DNA from: Squalus acanthias
Taxonomy: Eukaryota
Length of the DNA stretch: 64,000 nt
NCBI GenBank assembly: GCA_030390025.1
Contig: CM059432.1
Span: 43,526,001 to 43,590,000, forward strand
Reading direction: 5' to 3'
A program made the translations under genes and the position numbers. Below the pieces are notes generated by a model. The model saw only the letters and a list, made by a program, of their open reading frames with translations. It did not search any database and was not told the origin of the DNA. This document shows positions 13,560-26,559 of this stretch, in pieces (within the stretch, counting starts at the first letter, position 1; each line of letters opens with the position of its first letter).

Positions 13560-14020
13560 CAACCATGGTTCAGTGGCAGCACTCTTGCCTCTGAGTCAGA
13601 AGGTTGTGGGTTCAAGTCACACTCCAGTGAATTGAGCACATAATCTAGGCTGACACTTCGGTGCAGTACTGACAGAGTGCTGCACTGCTGGAGGTGCTAT
13701 CTTTCAGATGAGATATTAAACCGAGGTGCTGACTGCCCTCTCAGGTGGACATAAAAGATCCCATGGCACTATTTGAAAGAAGAGCAGGGGAGTTATCCCC
13801 ATTGTCCTGGCCAATATTTATCCCTCAACCAACATCTTTAAAACAAATAATTTTGTTATTATCACATTGCTGTTTGTGGGACCCTGCTGTGTGCAAATTG
13901 GCTGCCGCGTTTCCTACATTACAACAGTGACTACACTTCAAAAGTACTTCATTGGTTGTAAAGCACTTTGGGACATCCTGAGGTCATGAAAGGCACTATA
14001 TAAATGGAAGTCTTTCTTTG
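13560..14020 (+). mobile_element. tRNA-derived DeuSINE (SacSINE1-like)
   Basis: Co-linear with the 9070-9528 copy: head, Deu core and tail all present. Confidence 0.85.
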
Positions 14021-14269
14021 TTCTTTTAAATTAATAAATTGATTTCAAAAGCCTATCATGGACAATTCACATCCCCTTACTCTGAACTCTAATCTTCATT
14101 GCTTGTGTGTGTGCCAGATGGTGTCAAGCTGACATGGCAGAAGGTAACGTATGTGCAGGAAAGCACATTTTAAGGTTAAAGTGTTGTATTTTTCAATGTT
14201 TCCCATAATAAAGAGTTTTATGATTCTAATGATCTGAAATCGCCAATGATTTTAATTTTTAGACTGTTT

Positions 14270-14415
14270 GAGGCAGATTTTCCTGTTCCCGCGGCTGTGT
14301 GTATTGGATCTCCTGGGCACAACATATAGAGGACCTCCTCCACACCTGATTTTCTTTAGTGAGCCGTGCCCAGGCGATTGAATACATACAGGTGATGGAA
14401 GGAAAAAACTGTCTC
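14270..14415. mobile_element. Short palindromic MITE
   Basis: Imperfect inverted repeat gaggcagatttt...aaaaactgtctc flanked by TTT/TTT. Confidence 0.55.
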
Positions 14416-14786
14416 TTTGTGTTCCCAACCTGCTTTTAATAGTTTTAAATCATCTGTAGTTTGTGTCAATGATATGGATTAGGAGATGAATTAACGTTAG
14501 AAAGGGCACATTTTCTGCAGTGTACTATCTGGATACTTCTTGTATTTGTTAAAAATTTTAATTCTGGTTCTTCATGAGTTAATATCGGCTAACTCTACAT
14601 CTATAGAATAATGAAATCATGGAATTTACAGCATATACAGAGGCCATTTGGCCTATCATACTTGTGCCAGTGCTGGCTCTTCAGCTGGAGCTGTCTAGTC
14701 TAATCCCATTCATTGTGCCTTCCCTGTATCCTTTTCTAATTTTATTTTTCAAATATTGATCTAATTCCTTTTTAAATTATATTATT

Positions 14787-14941
14787 TGCTGGGAATTTCC
14801 TTGGAGCTACTTCTGCTCTGTTGCCGTAACTAGACTAGAAGTGTGGCGGAATCCCCTTTCTGCGCATAAACGGGGTTTTAGCCGCACTTCCAGTGAAGTT
14901 ACGGCAGCAGAGCAGGAGTAACATTTCGGAAATTCCCGGCT
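14787..14941. mobile_element. Short palindromic MITE inserted in a CR1 tail relic
   Basis: gctgggaatttcc...ggaaattcccggc, inverted over its whole length, ATT flanks; related half-copy at about 29510-29621. Confidence 0.65.
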
Positions 14942-16931
14942 ATTGTCTCTGCCTCAATAGCGACATGTGGCAAACCATTTTCCTCTGCTTTGCGCCTAGG
15001 TACACCTATTTCCTGGGTGCAAAGCAGAGGGAAAATGGGTGGAGATCAGTTAAACTAGGCGATAATTTAAAAAATGTTTTAACCAGTTCAGAGCTCCTAA
15101 TGTTTATGTGTTGACCCATTAGTATGAGAGTCCCGAAAGTGCTGGAGAATATTGACACATTTCCACTCTATGCTGCTGGGAACAATGGGTACATACTTAC
15201 CTCTACATTGCCAGCCCAGCAACCAAGCTTAAGGACTCATCTTGAAATTCCTCGTAACCAAGGTGGACAGCAATTAAGGCAGCCCTGGGCCTTGAACCTA
15301 TGACGATCCCTGGATTGCAATGGGTACTATTTTACTATAACACCCCACTGCTACTTACACAAATTTTTTATTCAAAAAAGACTATTTAGTTTATGAATCT
15401 AAATGAATTTCCAATAGTTATCTTTCTGTAGAGGCCCCAGTAGAGTAATTTAATTCAGCAGCTGATTTTGTATTCATTTTACATTTCCGAAGATCTCTTT
15501 GCTAATCCCGTGAGCATACCTAGAAAATGTAACACCCTTAAAAGGACTTTCTGTCTACCCTCCCTTGTGTCTGCTTTAATATGCTCAGTTGGTACAAAGG
15601 CTTTCACTGTGCAAATCATGCTTTGAAATAATAAGCTACTTGTTTATTGGTGACACTACAGAGATAATATCATCAAACAGCAGGACCCCACTGATGGCTA
15701 CCAGCAGTATTTGTGATAAGTTGCTTCTATTTATATGCATTTCAATCAACTTTTTTTTTCTTTTTAGTTGAAATTGAACAACACTTTCTTTTTCTAAATG
15801 ATATTTTATCAGTTTGTTAAGTACTTTCTCGCTTTAGTTTACAGATTCTAAATCCCCAAAGCTTTCTGCTGACTGACAAAATTTATAATGAGATTATGAA
15901 CAACAAGTCATCAACACCCTATCACCCTGCTCCATAATTCCAGTGGTTTCCAGCTTTAAATTATATTCCATCCACACCTTTGGACATCTGTGATTCTATT
16001 ACAGTCCTTAGAATCAAATAAATACATCACCAGCTGGTGCATTTAAACCCTGTAGCTCAATTTTTTCCTTCAGTTGACATGGTAACAATTGTGAAGCCAT
16101 CTCTTGGTAATACTCTTAATTGATAGTATAAATTATTTCTGAGATATTTGATTGCAAAATGATGTACTGAAGCTATTTAGTGATCCCAGATCAGACTTTT
16201 TTAGATATGAAATTGCAACTGAGCTTCCACTGTGTTGCAGGCACTGCTTCTAACATGAATTGTAATAACTAGACATAGTGCTTTCTGAAAGGTTGTGTTT
16301 TAGTGTGAAAAGCATCAGGGTACTTACGTTCATGTGAAGTGGGGCTTAGTGTATGATTATAATGGTTCTGATGCTTTTCTCTGCATGTGATGCTAAGATT
16401 TGTGCACTTATGTCTACACAGTACTGTACTCCATTAGAGAACAATCTTCATTGTCATGCGGAACTTATAGTTATGAGCTATTTATATGAAGCACATGGAA
16501 CTGTCCTTTTGGAGTGGAGAAGCTACAGGGAAACCTGCCAATTGGATGGTACAGGCTGTGTTTCTAAAATCTCAAGCATTAAATCAAATCAAGATTACAT
16601 GAAGGCCTAAAGCAGAAGCTTCTGAGTAACTGAGTAGTCAAGCATGCTGACTTTCATGTTGACACATTGGTCATGATCAATTGCAGTCCCCATACCAATA
16701 CTATGTCATTATAGTTGAGTACTTGGAATTCTGCCAGCATAAAATTCTAAATGATTCTAAATACGCACATTCTCAATGCTTTTATGATATGCACTCAGCA
16801 CTGAGATGGCCCACAACTCTCTGTGATTAGTGTGGTTTTAGCTCACAAAGTGAAAATTGCAACTGAATCAGATTGAGGATCATGTGAGTATCGGTACCCC
16901 AGGAATATAAATTTCAGAGTTGAATGATAAT

Positions 16932-17115
16932 GGCCCGGAATTTGCGGTCAGCAGCGAAGAGAAGCGAAGCGCAGCCTGTGTCGGAGCTGTCAATGACTGA
17001 CCGCAGATTCGGGATTTCCGCCTGCGCCAAATCCCGATGTTGCGGTCAATTTTCAAAGGTGGAATGACAGCGAATGCTGCCAGTTCGCCATCATCCCGAC
17101 CGCAAATTCTGGGCC
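16932..17115. mobile_element. 184-bp MITE
   Basis: 18-bp TIR ggcccggaatttgcggtc / gaccgcaaattctgggcc (1 mismatch), TSD AAT/AAT. Confidence 0.85.
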
Positions 17116-17934
17116 AATACATATGATGCATAACAGCGAGGAGAGTTAAAGTGGCCCTACTGTTTCAAAGGGGCATTGTTAAACAGTTTATTTCCTGGCA
17201 GAATGCCAAATACTCAACTATAATTATGTTGCATTAGTATGGGGTTTCAGAGAAGCACAGCAATTAATAATGTAGTGTGCATTGCTTGCTGTTTCTTTTG
17301 CTTTCCAGTTGCATTGCTTGAGGTCACTAGCTTCATACCACTGGTGGGCTATCCTTCTTCATTAAGAAGGCAACTCGCAGGTGTGTTGGGTAGGATGTTG
17401 GCCTTATGATGAAAGATACATGATGGCCTTTGTGCATTAAGTGATCTGGCCAAGGTGCTCAGGTAGAAGGAAGATATTTCTGGCCACAAAGCCAATAATT
17501 TATTTGCCTTTGAAGCCAAAGTCATAAACAACCTGAAGCTAAAGTCTACTTGCCATTTCTCCTGTTGACGTAACTTCAAAGGAAAGGAGAATTGTTAGGT
17601 GAAAACAGAGGTCCATTCCAGTGGTCCTTGAAGCTTCTTCAAAGCAACTAAGAGCTACTGCTAAGGTAGAGTATGATTCAGCACATTGTGAGGCTAGGAG
17701 GGTTGTTCAGGAGATGAAGCAGGAACATTGGATTACATTAATCTGTACGAGCATGCAATTGTACAGAGATGATGCTAAATTGTTGTTCAATTGGTTTGTT
17801 GTCAGTCATGATCATGGGTTAGTGCCAATGTCTGACAAATTCAATGCTGTTTAACCGATTTGTGAAGAGATCCTTTGGGCTTGAATTCGCTGCCTGCTTT
17901 AGGGCAGATTTGGGGCAGTAAATAGAGTAAAATA

Positions 17935-18380
17935 TGTTCTCAGTTGGTAGTACCCTCACCCCTGAGTCAGAAGGTTGTGGGTTTGAGTCCCACTCCAGGT
18001 ACTTGAGCACAAAAATCTAGGCTGACACTGCAGTGCAGTGCTGAGAGAGTGCTGCACTGTCGGAGGTGCTGTCCTTTGGATGAGATGTTAAACCGAGGCC
18101 CATCTGCTCACTCAGGTGGACGTAAAAGATCCCATGGCACTATTTCGAAGAAGAGTAGGGGAGTTATCTCTGGTGTCCTGGCCAATATTTATCCCTCAAT
18201 CAACATCACTAAAACTGGTCATTATCACATTGCTGTTTGTGGGAGCTTGCTGTGTGCAAATTGGTTTCCTACATTACAACAGTGACTACACTTCAAAAGT
18301 ACTTCATTGGCTGTAAAGTGCTTTGGGACGTCCGGTGGACGTGAAAGGCGCTATATAAATGCAAGTCTTTCTTTATTTCT
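17935..18380 (+). mobile_element. tRNA-derived DeuSINE (SacSINE1-like)
   Basis: Co-linear with the 13560-14020 copy. Confidence 0.85.
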
Positions 18381-18484
18381 TAAAGGTTATTGCCTCAAAT
18401 CTGCCACACAAAAACTGCACCTACATCCCCCTCCAAAAAAACTGTGAGTTCCCTGTAAGGACCGGCAGAAGCAGGTGCATTTAA

Positions 18485-20261
18485 ATCATAGATCATAGAA
18501 TCATAGCATCATAGAATTATAAGGCACAAAAGGAGGCCATTTGACCCATCGTACCTGTGCCAGCTCTTTGGTAGAGCTGTCCAATTAATCTCAGTCAGCT
18601 GCTCTTTCCCCATAGCCCTGTATTTTTTTTCCCTTCAAGTATTTATCCAATTCTCTTTTGAATGTTACTATTAAATCTGCTTCCACCACCCTTTCAGGCA
18701 GTGTATCCCAGATCGCAACAACTCGCTGTGTAAAAAAAAAAAAATCCTCCTGTGTGAAGGAATAAGCCATATAACCTATTCAGAAAAATACACTATTTTA
18801 TGAAAGAATTCTGGCCTTATTAAAACATGACAAACTGGGTTTGGAAATTTAGAAACCTAACTATGAAATAGCTATGAAAGAATTCTGGCTATTGAGATAA
18901 GACAGTTGTTGATCCTGAATAAATAACCTTATTGAAACAGAAGGTGCATGGCTCCGACAGGCTGACCTTTGGGAACAAAAACAATGGTTCACCTTGGATA
19001 AGGTGTTCTAATTTAAACTTCATAAAGCTGGCACATAAGATAAGGAACATCTGCCCTCATAAAGATAACATAAAATAAGGAACACCTGCCCTTCACACCG
19101 TTTTTATATGGTCATCCCAGAACACCTGGAGATGAGACAAGATTCTGGCTGATGTAGCAGTAAGAATTGCAGAGGCTGGCAGAAAGATGAATAGGGATAA
19201 TTAACTTGCATCAGCAGAAAACCTTAAAGGAAATACCACTGAAAAAGAGTATAAATATTGAAGTTTCAAATGGGATATCAGACTCGTTTTAATTGGGCAA
19301 AGCGATTCTTGGCTTCAGAGGCGGTTCTGTAGTCTCCAACTCTTTGTACCTCGGGGATCAAAGGTATTTGATATTGATGGATATCCTGAATAGAAACCTT
19401 TAAGAACTGTAATACTGTAGCGAAATTAAGATTTAAAAGTAAGATTCTCTGTTAAAAAGATAATATTTTTTCTCTTTTTAGAACTGTTAATGTTGCGATT
19501 GACTGATTCACCAACTGTAAATTGCATGTCGGTTCTTTTAAAATATCTCTATACATTTTTAGAATTGTCTCACATAAGTCTTCTGTATCAAAAACTCGCA
19601 AACTCAATCTTTGTACACTCTTTGGTGAAGAGTTACATTTCTGGGGGAGTTTTCCGGACCCTCATAATATCCGGGACGTTACAGACTAGCTAAACTTATT
19701 AAAAGCGCTATCTGGAGGACGGTAACATTCTCGGGTTGTTCCTTTCCTTTAGAGAGAGATAGCCCAGACCTTTAGACCCAATTAAGTGTCTTTAGGATTC
19801 GGCTACCTCAAACTTTAGTTGAAAGTGAACGTCTGAGAAATACGCCTGAACCGGGGTAGCCCTAAAGGGGCTAGGACTAGTAAATATCCCTTCACCTGTT
19901 ACCTCTGCTTCTTTTGCCAATCACCTTAAATCTATGTCTTCTGGTTACTGACCCTTTTGCCTACTGGAAACAGTTTCTCCTTATTTACTCTATCAAAACC
20001 CTTCATGATTTTGAACACCTCTATCAAATTTCCTCTTAACCTTCGCTGTTTGAAGGAGAACAAACCCAGCTTATCCAGTCTCTCCACATAACTGAAGTCC
20101 CTCATCCCTGGTACCAGTCTAGTAAATCACTTCTGCAGCCTGTCCAAGGCATTGACATCTTTCCTAAAGTGTGATGCTCAGAATTGAACACAATGCTCCA
20201 GCTGAGACTTAACCAGTGATTTATAAAGGTTTAGCATAACTTCCTTGCTTTTGTACTCTAT
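18485..20261 (-). mobile_element. CR1 LINE 3' fragment interrupted by a solo LTR and cut by a Harbinger at 20262
   Basis: (atcataga)n tail at 18485-18520; ORF2 C-terminal sequence resumes after 19900. Confidence 0.85.
18755..19894 (+). mobile_element. Solo LTR (about 1.14 kb)
   Basis: TG...CA ends with inverted repeat tgaaggaata / tatcccttca, flanks cctgtg / cctgtt, TATA-like gtataaata at about 19249, internal 25-bp direct repeat at about 19033 and 19069; cleanly interrupts a CR1. Confidence 0.7.
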
Positions 20262-20780
20262 GGGCTCGATTTTGCTAAGCCCGAGGAGGCGGGAATGGAG
20301 GCGTGTGGGGAGTTAAAATAGCAAAAAATGGCGGGTGGCCATGGTCCCGCCTCCATCCCGCCTCCGAGCAATTTTCCAAAATCGGGGGTTTCTGATCCCG
20401 ACTCCGTCCCGCCTCCAAGAGGCGGGATAGGCCTTTAAGGCCCTTAACAGCCACTTAGGAGCCTCTAAAATGCCATTTTGACAGCCCTTTGTGAGTTTAA
20501 CCCTGTTTCCACGTGAAGCACACGTCCTCTGAACCACGATGGTGAAACCTGGCGGTTTCTCATTCATATAGCTGTAGCTCCACCATTAAAAGGGAGTTTT
20601 GAGCAATCATCATTTGCAGGTGGCAGAACTTTATTGTCTCAGGTCTGGGGGAACATTTATCAGCCATAAGCATTGGTGTGGAAGTTTGGAGCCTGACACA
20701 CATCTCCATTGTGACCTCCTGGGAAACCCCTCTCGCCACCTTCACTGAGCGCTTCCTCAACTGAGGCATATACCAGAAGC

Positions 20781-22030
20781 ATGGGTACCATTACTTTCCT
20801 TTCCTCCTGGACATCAGATGAGGACGAGGAGCAGCCGCGGCAGCAGCCGAACCATGACCAACAGCAGCAGCAACAGCAGCAGCTCCAAGCTGCTGCTCAC
20901 CCACCTGAAGCTGCACAGGCCAGAGGGCGCCAGCGCTTGGAAGCACGTCGGCACAGGAGATACCCCCCAAACAGGGTGTACAGACAGAGGATCAGCTACC
21001 TCAGCATGACTGAACAGCAGTGCCAAAGGCGGCTCCGACTTTCGCGGGAGGCAGTGGGTGACATATGCGCAATGGTCCAGCAAGACCTGCAGCCCAGAGG
21101 AGCAGGTGGACACCCCTTACCAGTGGCTGTCAAGGTCACCACCGCACTCAACTTTTTTGCCACAGGCTCATTCCAGGGATCAGCTGCAGACATCAGCGGC
21201 ATTTAGCAGGCGGGCGCACACACCTGCATCACGCAGGTAACCGATGCCATCTTTGCCCTCGCTCACAATCACATCCATTTCTCCAAGGATCGACCAAGTA
21301 TCAGGGCGCGTGCGGTTGGATTTGCTCATCTGGCAGACTTTCCAAGGGTGCAGGGCGTCGTGGACTGCACATATGTGGCCTTAAGGCACCCCATTGCAAT
21401 CCAGGTATTTTTGTCAACCGCAAGGGCTTCCACTCCCTCAACGTGCAGCTGGTGTGTGACCACAAGAAGGAAATTTTGCATGTTTGTGCCAAGTATCCTG
21501 GCAGTTGCCATGACTCCTTCATCCTGCGCCAGTCTAGTGTGCCTCCGCTCTTCAGTCCGCCAGACCAACTTAACGGATGGCTACTTGGAGACAAGGGCTA
21601 TCCCCTGAAGACGTGGCTAATGACGCCGTTGAGGAGCCCATCCAACGAGGCTGAGGAGAGCTACAACTCCAGCCACATGTCCACCAGAGCCATTATCGAG
21701 CAAACCATTGGCTTGCTAAAGATGCGCTTCAGATGCCTGGATAGATCAGGTGGAGCCCTGCAGTACTCAGCAGCCAGGGTCTCCAGAATCGTCGTGGTTT
21801 GCTGTGCACTTCACAACATGGCACAGCGTCGTGGCCTGCAGATTCCTGAGGACCAAGTGGCTCATCACATAGCCTCCTCAGATGACGAGGAGGAGGAGGA
21901 GGAGGAGGAGGTGGAGGAGGAGGGCGACAATGGTCATCCTGCAGAGGCGCATCAACCAGCGGCAGGAGTACGCGAGCACATTGCTGCCCGGGATGCAAGG
22001 AACGCACTCATCCTGGCCAGATTTGCTTAG
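20781..22030 (+). pseudogene. Harbinger DDE transposase (HARBI1-like family), one nonsense codon and one frameshift
   Basis: ORFs 20781-21206 and 21065-22030 join: [80 protein letters not shown] at 21204-21206; frameshift near 21380. Confidence 0.92.
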
Positions 22031-22287
22031 CCTAGACAATCAAGCATTTCGGACTCGCAGCTTCTTACCAGAGCTTCAACAATGGCCAAGAACCAGCAGA
22101 TTCCTAGCACTCTGAGCACCATAATGACAAGTGCAAGTCATCCTAAGCCCTCAATGTGGAAGTCCCATCAGCAATATGACAAATGCTACAAGGGCACCAG
22201 CTGCCATCTGATTTTTTATTTACATGAAACGACAGATGGCTTGTCCACAATAAACATAACATTTCACCCAAGTGACTACCCTTGTGA

Positions 22288-24306
22288 CTATTTGTGCAGT
22301 ACCTTTCTCTTACGCGTGCTCCTACGTAGTGCTTCCCCTGTGGCTTCAGCAGATGTGGAGGCCCCTTGCTCACTTTCTTGCTGCTCCTGTCTTGACTCCT
22401 TTGGCGGGCGTCCTCTAGGGTTGCGAGCCTGTGAGGGCTCGGCAACAGTCTGCTGCTCCTGTGGCTGAGCAGGGGTTGAGACACCGATCTCAGTTCGGTG
22501 TGGACTCTGGTGGGGCTCTGACCGAGGACTTTGCAGTAGCATGGTCGTGTGAGCGCTTGGAGAGGAGCCCCCACTTCCTTGTTCTCTGCCACCAACATCC
22601 CTCTCATGGGTCAGCCCCACTTCAGAGCTAGCAAGTGGCTTGACAGCACCTTGCTCGCTTCAGGGGGGCCATTAGGACCTGTTTCTGTACTGGAAGTCCT
22701 ACTGGCGAGAACTTGCCTGAAGGTCTGGTTTGATTGCTCAATAGCTGACCATCGCTCCTCAAGAGATGTCATTCTATTCTGAGCAAATACCATGGTTTCC
22801 ATACCCTGGCGACTAAGCTCCTCCATGGACGTAGCCATCCTCTCCACTACCTCTCCTCTACCATTGCCATCCTCTCCTCTACGGTAGCCAGCCCTCACCA
22901 TGGAGGTAGACATCCCTTCCACGTAGGTTGCCATCCTTTCCGTGGTGATGCGCTCATGCGCCAACGCCTCCACAAAGGCTCTGCTCATGCTAGCGAGGGA
23001 CTCCTCCATTCGCGCCACACTCGCAGCGACCCTGGAGACAAAACCTGCCAGAGACTCTTGCACCTCTTCCTGGAGTTCCAGCACCGCTCTTCTTCTGGAT
23101 GGACCCAGAGGCAGAGGGTCGACATGCAGCTGAGCCGAGCTGGGAGAGTCCTGCGCCCTCCGACTAGGACTCTCCACTGCTGTCCCTGTCTCCACCATCT
23201 GCTGATGCTCACTTGTGAGCTGTGATACACCAGGTGCCAACACTACTCTATGTCCCGAGGGTCCCACCGAGGTGTGAGTGTCTGCGCTGTTGCTGGGTGG
23301 GCTGAATTCTGCTGACGCTGCGCCCTCAGATGTTGCAGCTTCCTCTGAGGAGTCTGGAGGTTCCGGATGTTCCTCCTCGAGAGTGGGGACGAGGGCTTGC
23401 GATGGTCCTGTGGGGGAGTAAAGGAAAGAGTCAGAGATGTGAGGCCAAGGTTACATGCACGTTGAATATTGCAGATGATCATAAGTCAATCTGATAGAGC
23501 ATCAGATTCATTATCAGCGACTCATGCAATGTCAATGAGAGAGATGAAAAACTCTTCTGTCATCAGCTTGCTCGGCTGCACCCGTCTGTCCGTCCCCCAC
23601 TTGTGCATCGTCCTCGACCCCGACTATCTGCAGGGCCGCCTCCTCCCAAGTCGTGAGCTAGGCTATGGAGGGTGGCACTCCTCCTGTCCTCGCTCGTTCC
23701 CTTTTATTGTGGGCTCTCTTTTCCTGCAATGAGGGAGACAAGTGGAGTTTGAGTGAGAATGAAGGAGTGAGTGTAGAGAATCCATAGCATAGATGCTTAG
23801 AAGGAGACAAAGATGGAGTGAGGTGGCAAGACCAAGGGCCCTCCCTGTGCATTGTAAGTTGTTGTCATAGCAACACAGTGATAGGAAGTGTGAGGGCTGC
23901 ATAGTCGAATAGTTAGGTGAATGTGAACATACAGAGAGAGGGAATGGGTAAGGGGGCAGGGATGTCAGTGTCAAGTGGGATGTGGAGGAAGAGGTTGTCA
24001 AAGCTGAGTGCTGGAGAGGAGAGGCAATGGGGATGAGATTGAGGGTGATGGGAAAGTCATACTCACTTTTCCAGTGCGTATAAGGTCATGGAACCTCTTC
24101 CTACACTGAAGCCAGGTCCGGGGTATCTGCGCCAAGGAGGACACCTCCTGGGCCACTTGAAGCCACACAGCCTTTGTCTGTTGGGGAGGCTTCTTCTTCC
24201 CCGAGGAAGGGAAGAGCACCTCTTTGTTAGCTCCTGCTCCCTCTATCAAAGCTTGAAGGGCGACGTCCTCGAATCTCGGGGCAGACTTAGGTCTGCTGAA
24301 ACTCAT
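22288..24306 (-). pseudogene. Harbinger Myb/SANT-like DNA-binding partner gene, 3 exons (24306-24067, 23723-23564, 23407-22288)
   Basis: Exon 1 APRFEDVALQAL...W..VA...RTWLQCRKRFHDL ends at GTGAGT. Exon 2 follows ttgcag and reads EKRAHNKRERARTGG, with an in-frame TAG and a donor that appears mutated to AT. Exon 3 follows ccccacag, is in frame with ORF 22611-23267, and has a late frameshift. Confidence 0.8.
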
Positions 24307-25238
24307 TTTGCTACTACTTTCGTGTGGTTGCTAATACAGAAAGCTTGGCAGTCTGCAGAAGAAGCAAGGCTTCTTGCAGACCTTAAATGCAGCAGCAATG
24401 ATGACGTCATCGGACCCGACTTTCAGACTGGAAAAACTAATTGGGCCAGGGTTCCCACACGCAGGAAATCAATTGCCCAATTAGGGGAAAATTCATTCTT
24501 ATCCCCACATCCAACTGGAGTCGGGTGGAGACCATGATTTCCACCTGACACGACCCCAGCCCGACCCATTGACAAAATACAGCCCTATGGGCGCAATCTT
24601 GCCAACCCTGGGGAGGCGGGTATGGAGGCGGGACTGCCGGGAAAATGGTAGAATTTGGGGGCGGGTGCCGAACCCGCCCCCAACCCACCTCCATGCCATC
24701 TTCCCAGGAGGCGGGTAGCCACCCTGCGCCGGATCCCGTCTCCTTGGAGGTGGGAAGGGATTAAAGCCTATTAACTGCCTGTTAGCAGTAAGTTAACAGA
24801 CAGAAAATAGGATTTTCCCCTTTTTGCCCTCACAAGTGCGGGCTTCCTGAAGGCTCCGACACCCGCCAGGTCAGCGAGGCGAGTACTGGGTCTGTGGGGG
24901 TCGGGGGGGTGGTGCAAAAGTGTGCTGTGAAGGTAAGTGATGGGTGCAAGAGTGTAGAGGTGAGTATCTGAGGTAAGTGCAAAGTGTTAGTAAAAGTGTA
25001 CTTACCTTTGTTTCTTCCTGCAGGCTTCAATTGGTGTGTATGCGGAGAGTCTCGCACCTCCGCGTTGGAGATGACAGATGGCCTTTGCATTCTTCAATGC
25101 AACAACCATCTCATTTCTGCAAAAGAAAGAGGTTTGATAATGTCTTGAATTCAAGACCTCATCAAACTACAGAGAATGTCAGTGTTTGATAGCTTCACAG
25201 AGCTGTCAAACGATGACAATTCATCTGTCAAAAATGTT

Positions 25239-25460
25239 GTCTCTTCGCCGAGAGCAAGCGGGAGCCAAGCGCAGGCAGCACAAGGAGCGCACGTCAACCC
25301 AAGCACCCCACCCACCTGCCCCTTCAACCACCGTCTGCCCCACCTGTGACAGAGACTGGAGGTCCCGCATTGGACTCATCAGTCACCTGCGAACTCATTT
25401 TTAATGTGGAAGCAAGTCATCCTCGGTTCCGAGGGACTGCCTAAGAAGAGGAGAAGAAGG
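25239..25460 (+). mobile_element. RTE-clade LINE 3' end
   Basis: C-terminal [21 protein letters not shown] zinc-finger-like motif, short 3' UTR, (AAG)n-like tail. Confidence 0.75.
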
Positions 25461-26400
25461 TTTAATACTTTTCTGAGTTTTGTATCATCTGCAAACTTTG
25501 AAATTATGTCCTCTATACCCAAGTCCAGGTCTTTAATATATATCAAAAGGAACAGTGGTCCTAATACCGACCCTGGGGAACACTATATACTTCCCTCCAG
25601 TCTGAAAAACAACCGTTTATCATGCCTTTTGAAAGTCCACATGCACAACATCAGCCACATTACCCTCATCAACCCTCTCTGTTACTTCATCAAAGAACTC
25701 GATCAAGTTAGTCAAACACGATTTTCCTTCAACAAATCCGTGTTGACTTTCATTTATTAGCCTATACTTTTCCACAAGCCACTTAATTTTGTTTCGGATT
25801 AGTGACTAAACGTTTCCCCACCACTGACGTTAGGCTGACTGGCCTGTAGTTGCCGTGTTTATCACTCGCTCCTTTTTTGAAGGTGTATCATTTGTAATCC
25901 TCCAGTCCTCTGGCACCACCCCATATCCATGGAGGATTGAAAGATTGTTGCCAGAGGCTCTGCAATTTCCACCCTTCCTTCCCTCAGTAACCTAGGATGC
26001 ATCCCATCTGGACCAGGTGATTTTTCTACTTTGAGGACTGTCAACCTTTTAAGTACATCTTTTTAATCTATTTTTATCCTATCAAATATCGCTACTGCCT
26101 CCTCCTTTACTGCTACATTGGCAGCAACCTCTTCTCTAGTGAACATAGATACAAAGTACTCATTCAGTACCTCAGCCATGCCCTCTGCCTCCACAAGAAG
26201 ATCTCCTTTTTGGTCCCGAATCAGCCCCACCCTTCCTTTGACTACTGTTTTGCTATTTATATGTTTATAAAAGACTTTTAGGTTCCCTTTTATGTTAGTC
26301 AGGAATTTATTCTCATACTCTCTCTTTGCCCCTCTTCCCTTTTTTCGCTCTACTCTGTACTTTCTATATTCAGCTTGGTGCTCTACTTTATTATGAACCT
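25460..26400 (-). mobile_element. Degraded CR1 ORF2 internal fragment
   Basis: LKVEKSPGPDGMHPRLLRE, NYRPVSLTSVVGK and KFADD motifs on minus strand. Confidence 0.85.
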
Positions 26401-26559
26401 TACACTGAGGTCAAAGGGGCTAAACCCTGCACCTAATCTATTATTCCTAATCTACTACTCTCACAAAGTGCTTCCTCAGTGCAATGGGGCTGAAGGCTGG
26501 GTGCCTCGGATGGTTCTTCTGAAGCCTTAGAGACCTGAGATGCCTCTTGTCCAAGAGTG

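Larger units (their letters stand above)
20262..25075 (+). mobile_element. PIF/Harbinger transposon A (two convergent genes; right TIR not found)
   Basis: Left TIR-like gggctcgatttt at the CR1 junction; contains transposase and Myb-like genes; right boundary approximate. Confidence 0.85.

Noticed and set aside
13560..13640. tRNA gene
   Set aside because: The tRNA-like head continues into a SINE body and tail; the same holds for the other copies.
17300..17900. Possible ancient coding relic on the minus strand
   Set aside because: No motif I can assign to a family with confidence.
20781..22030. Domesticated host gene HARBI1
   Set aside because: Multiple diverged copies with TIR-like ends, partner genes and disabling mutations indicate transposons.
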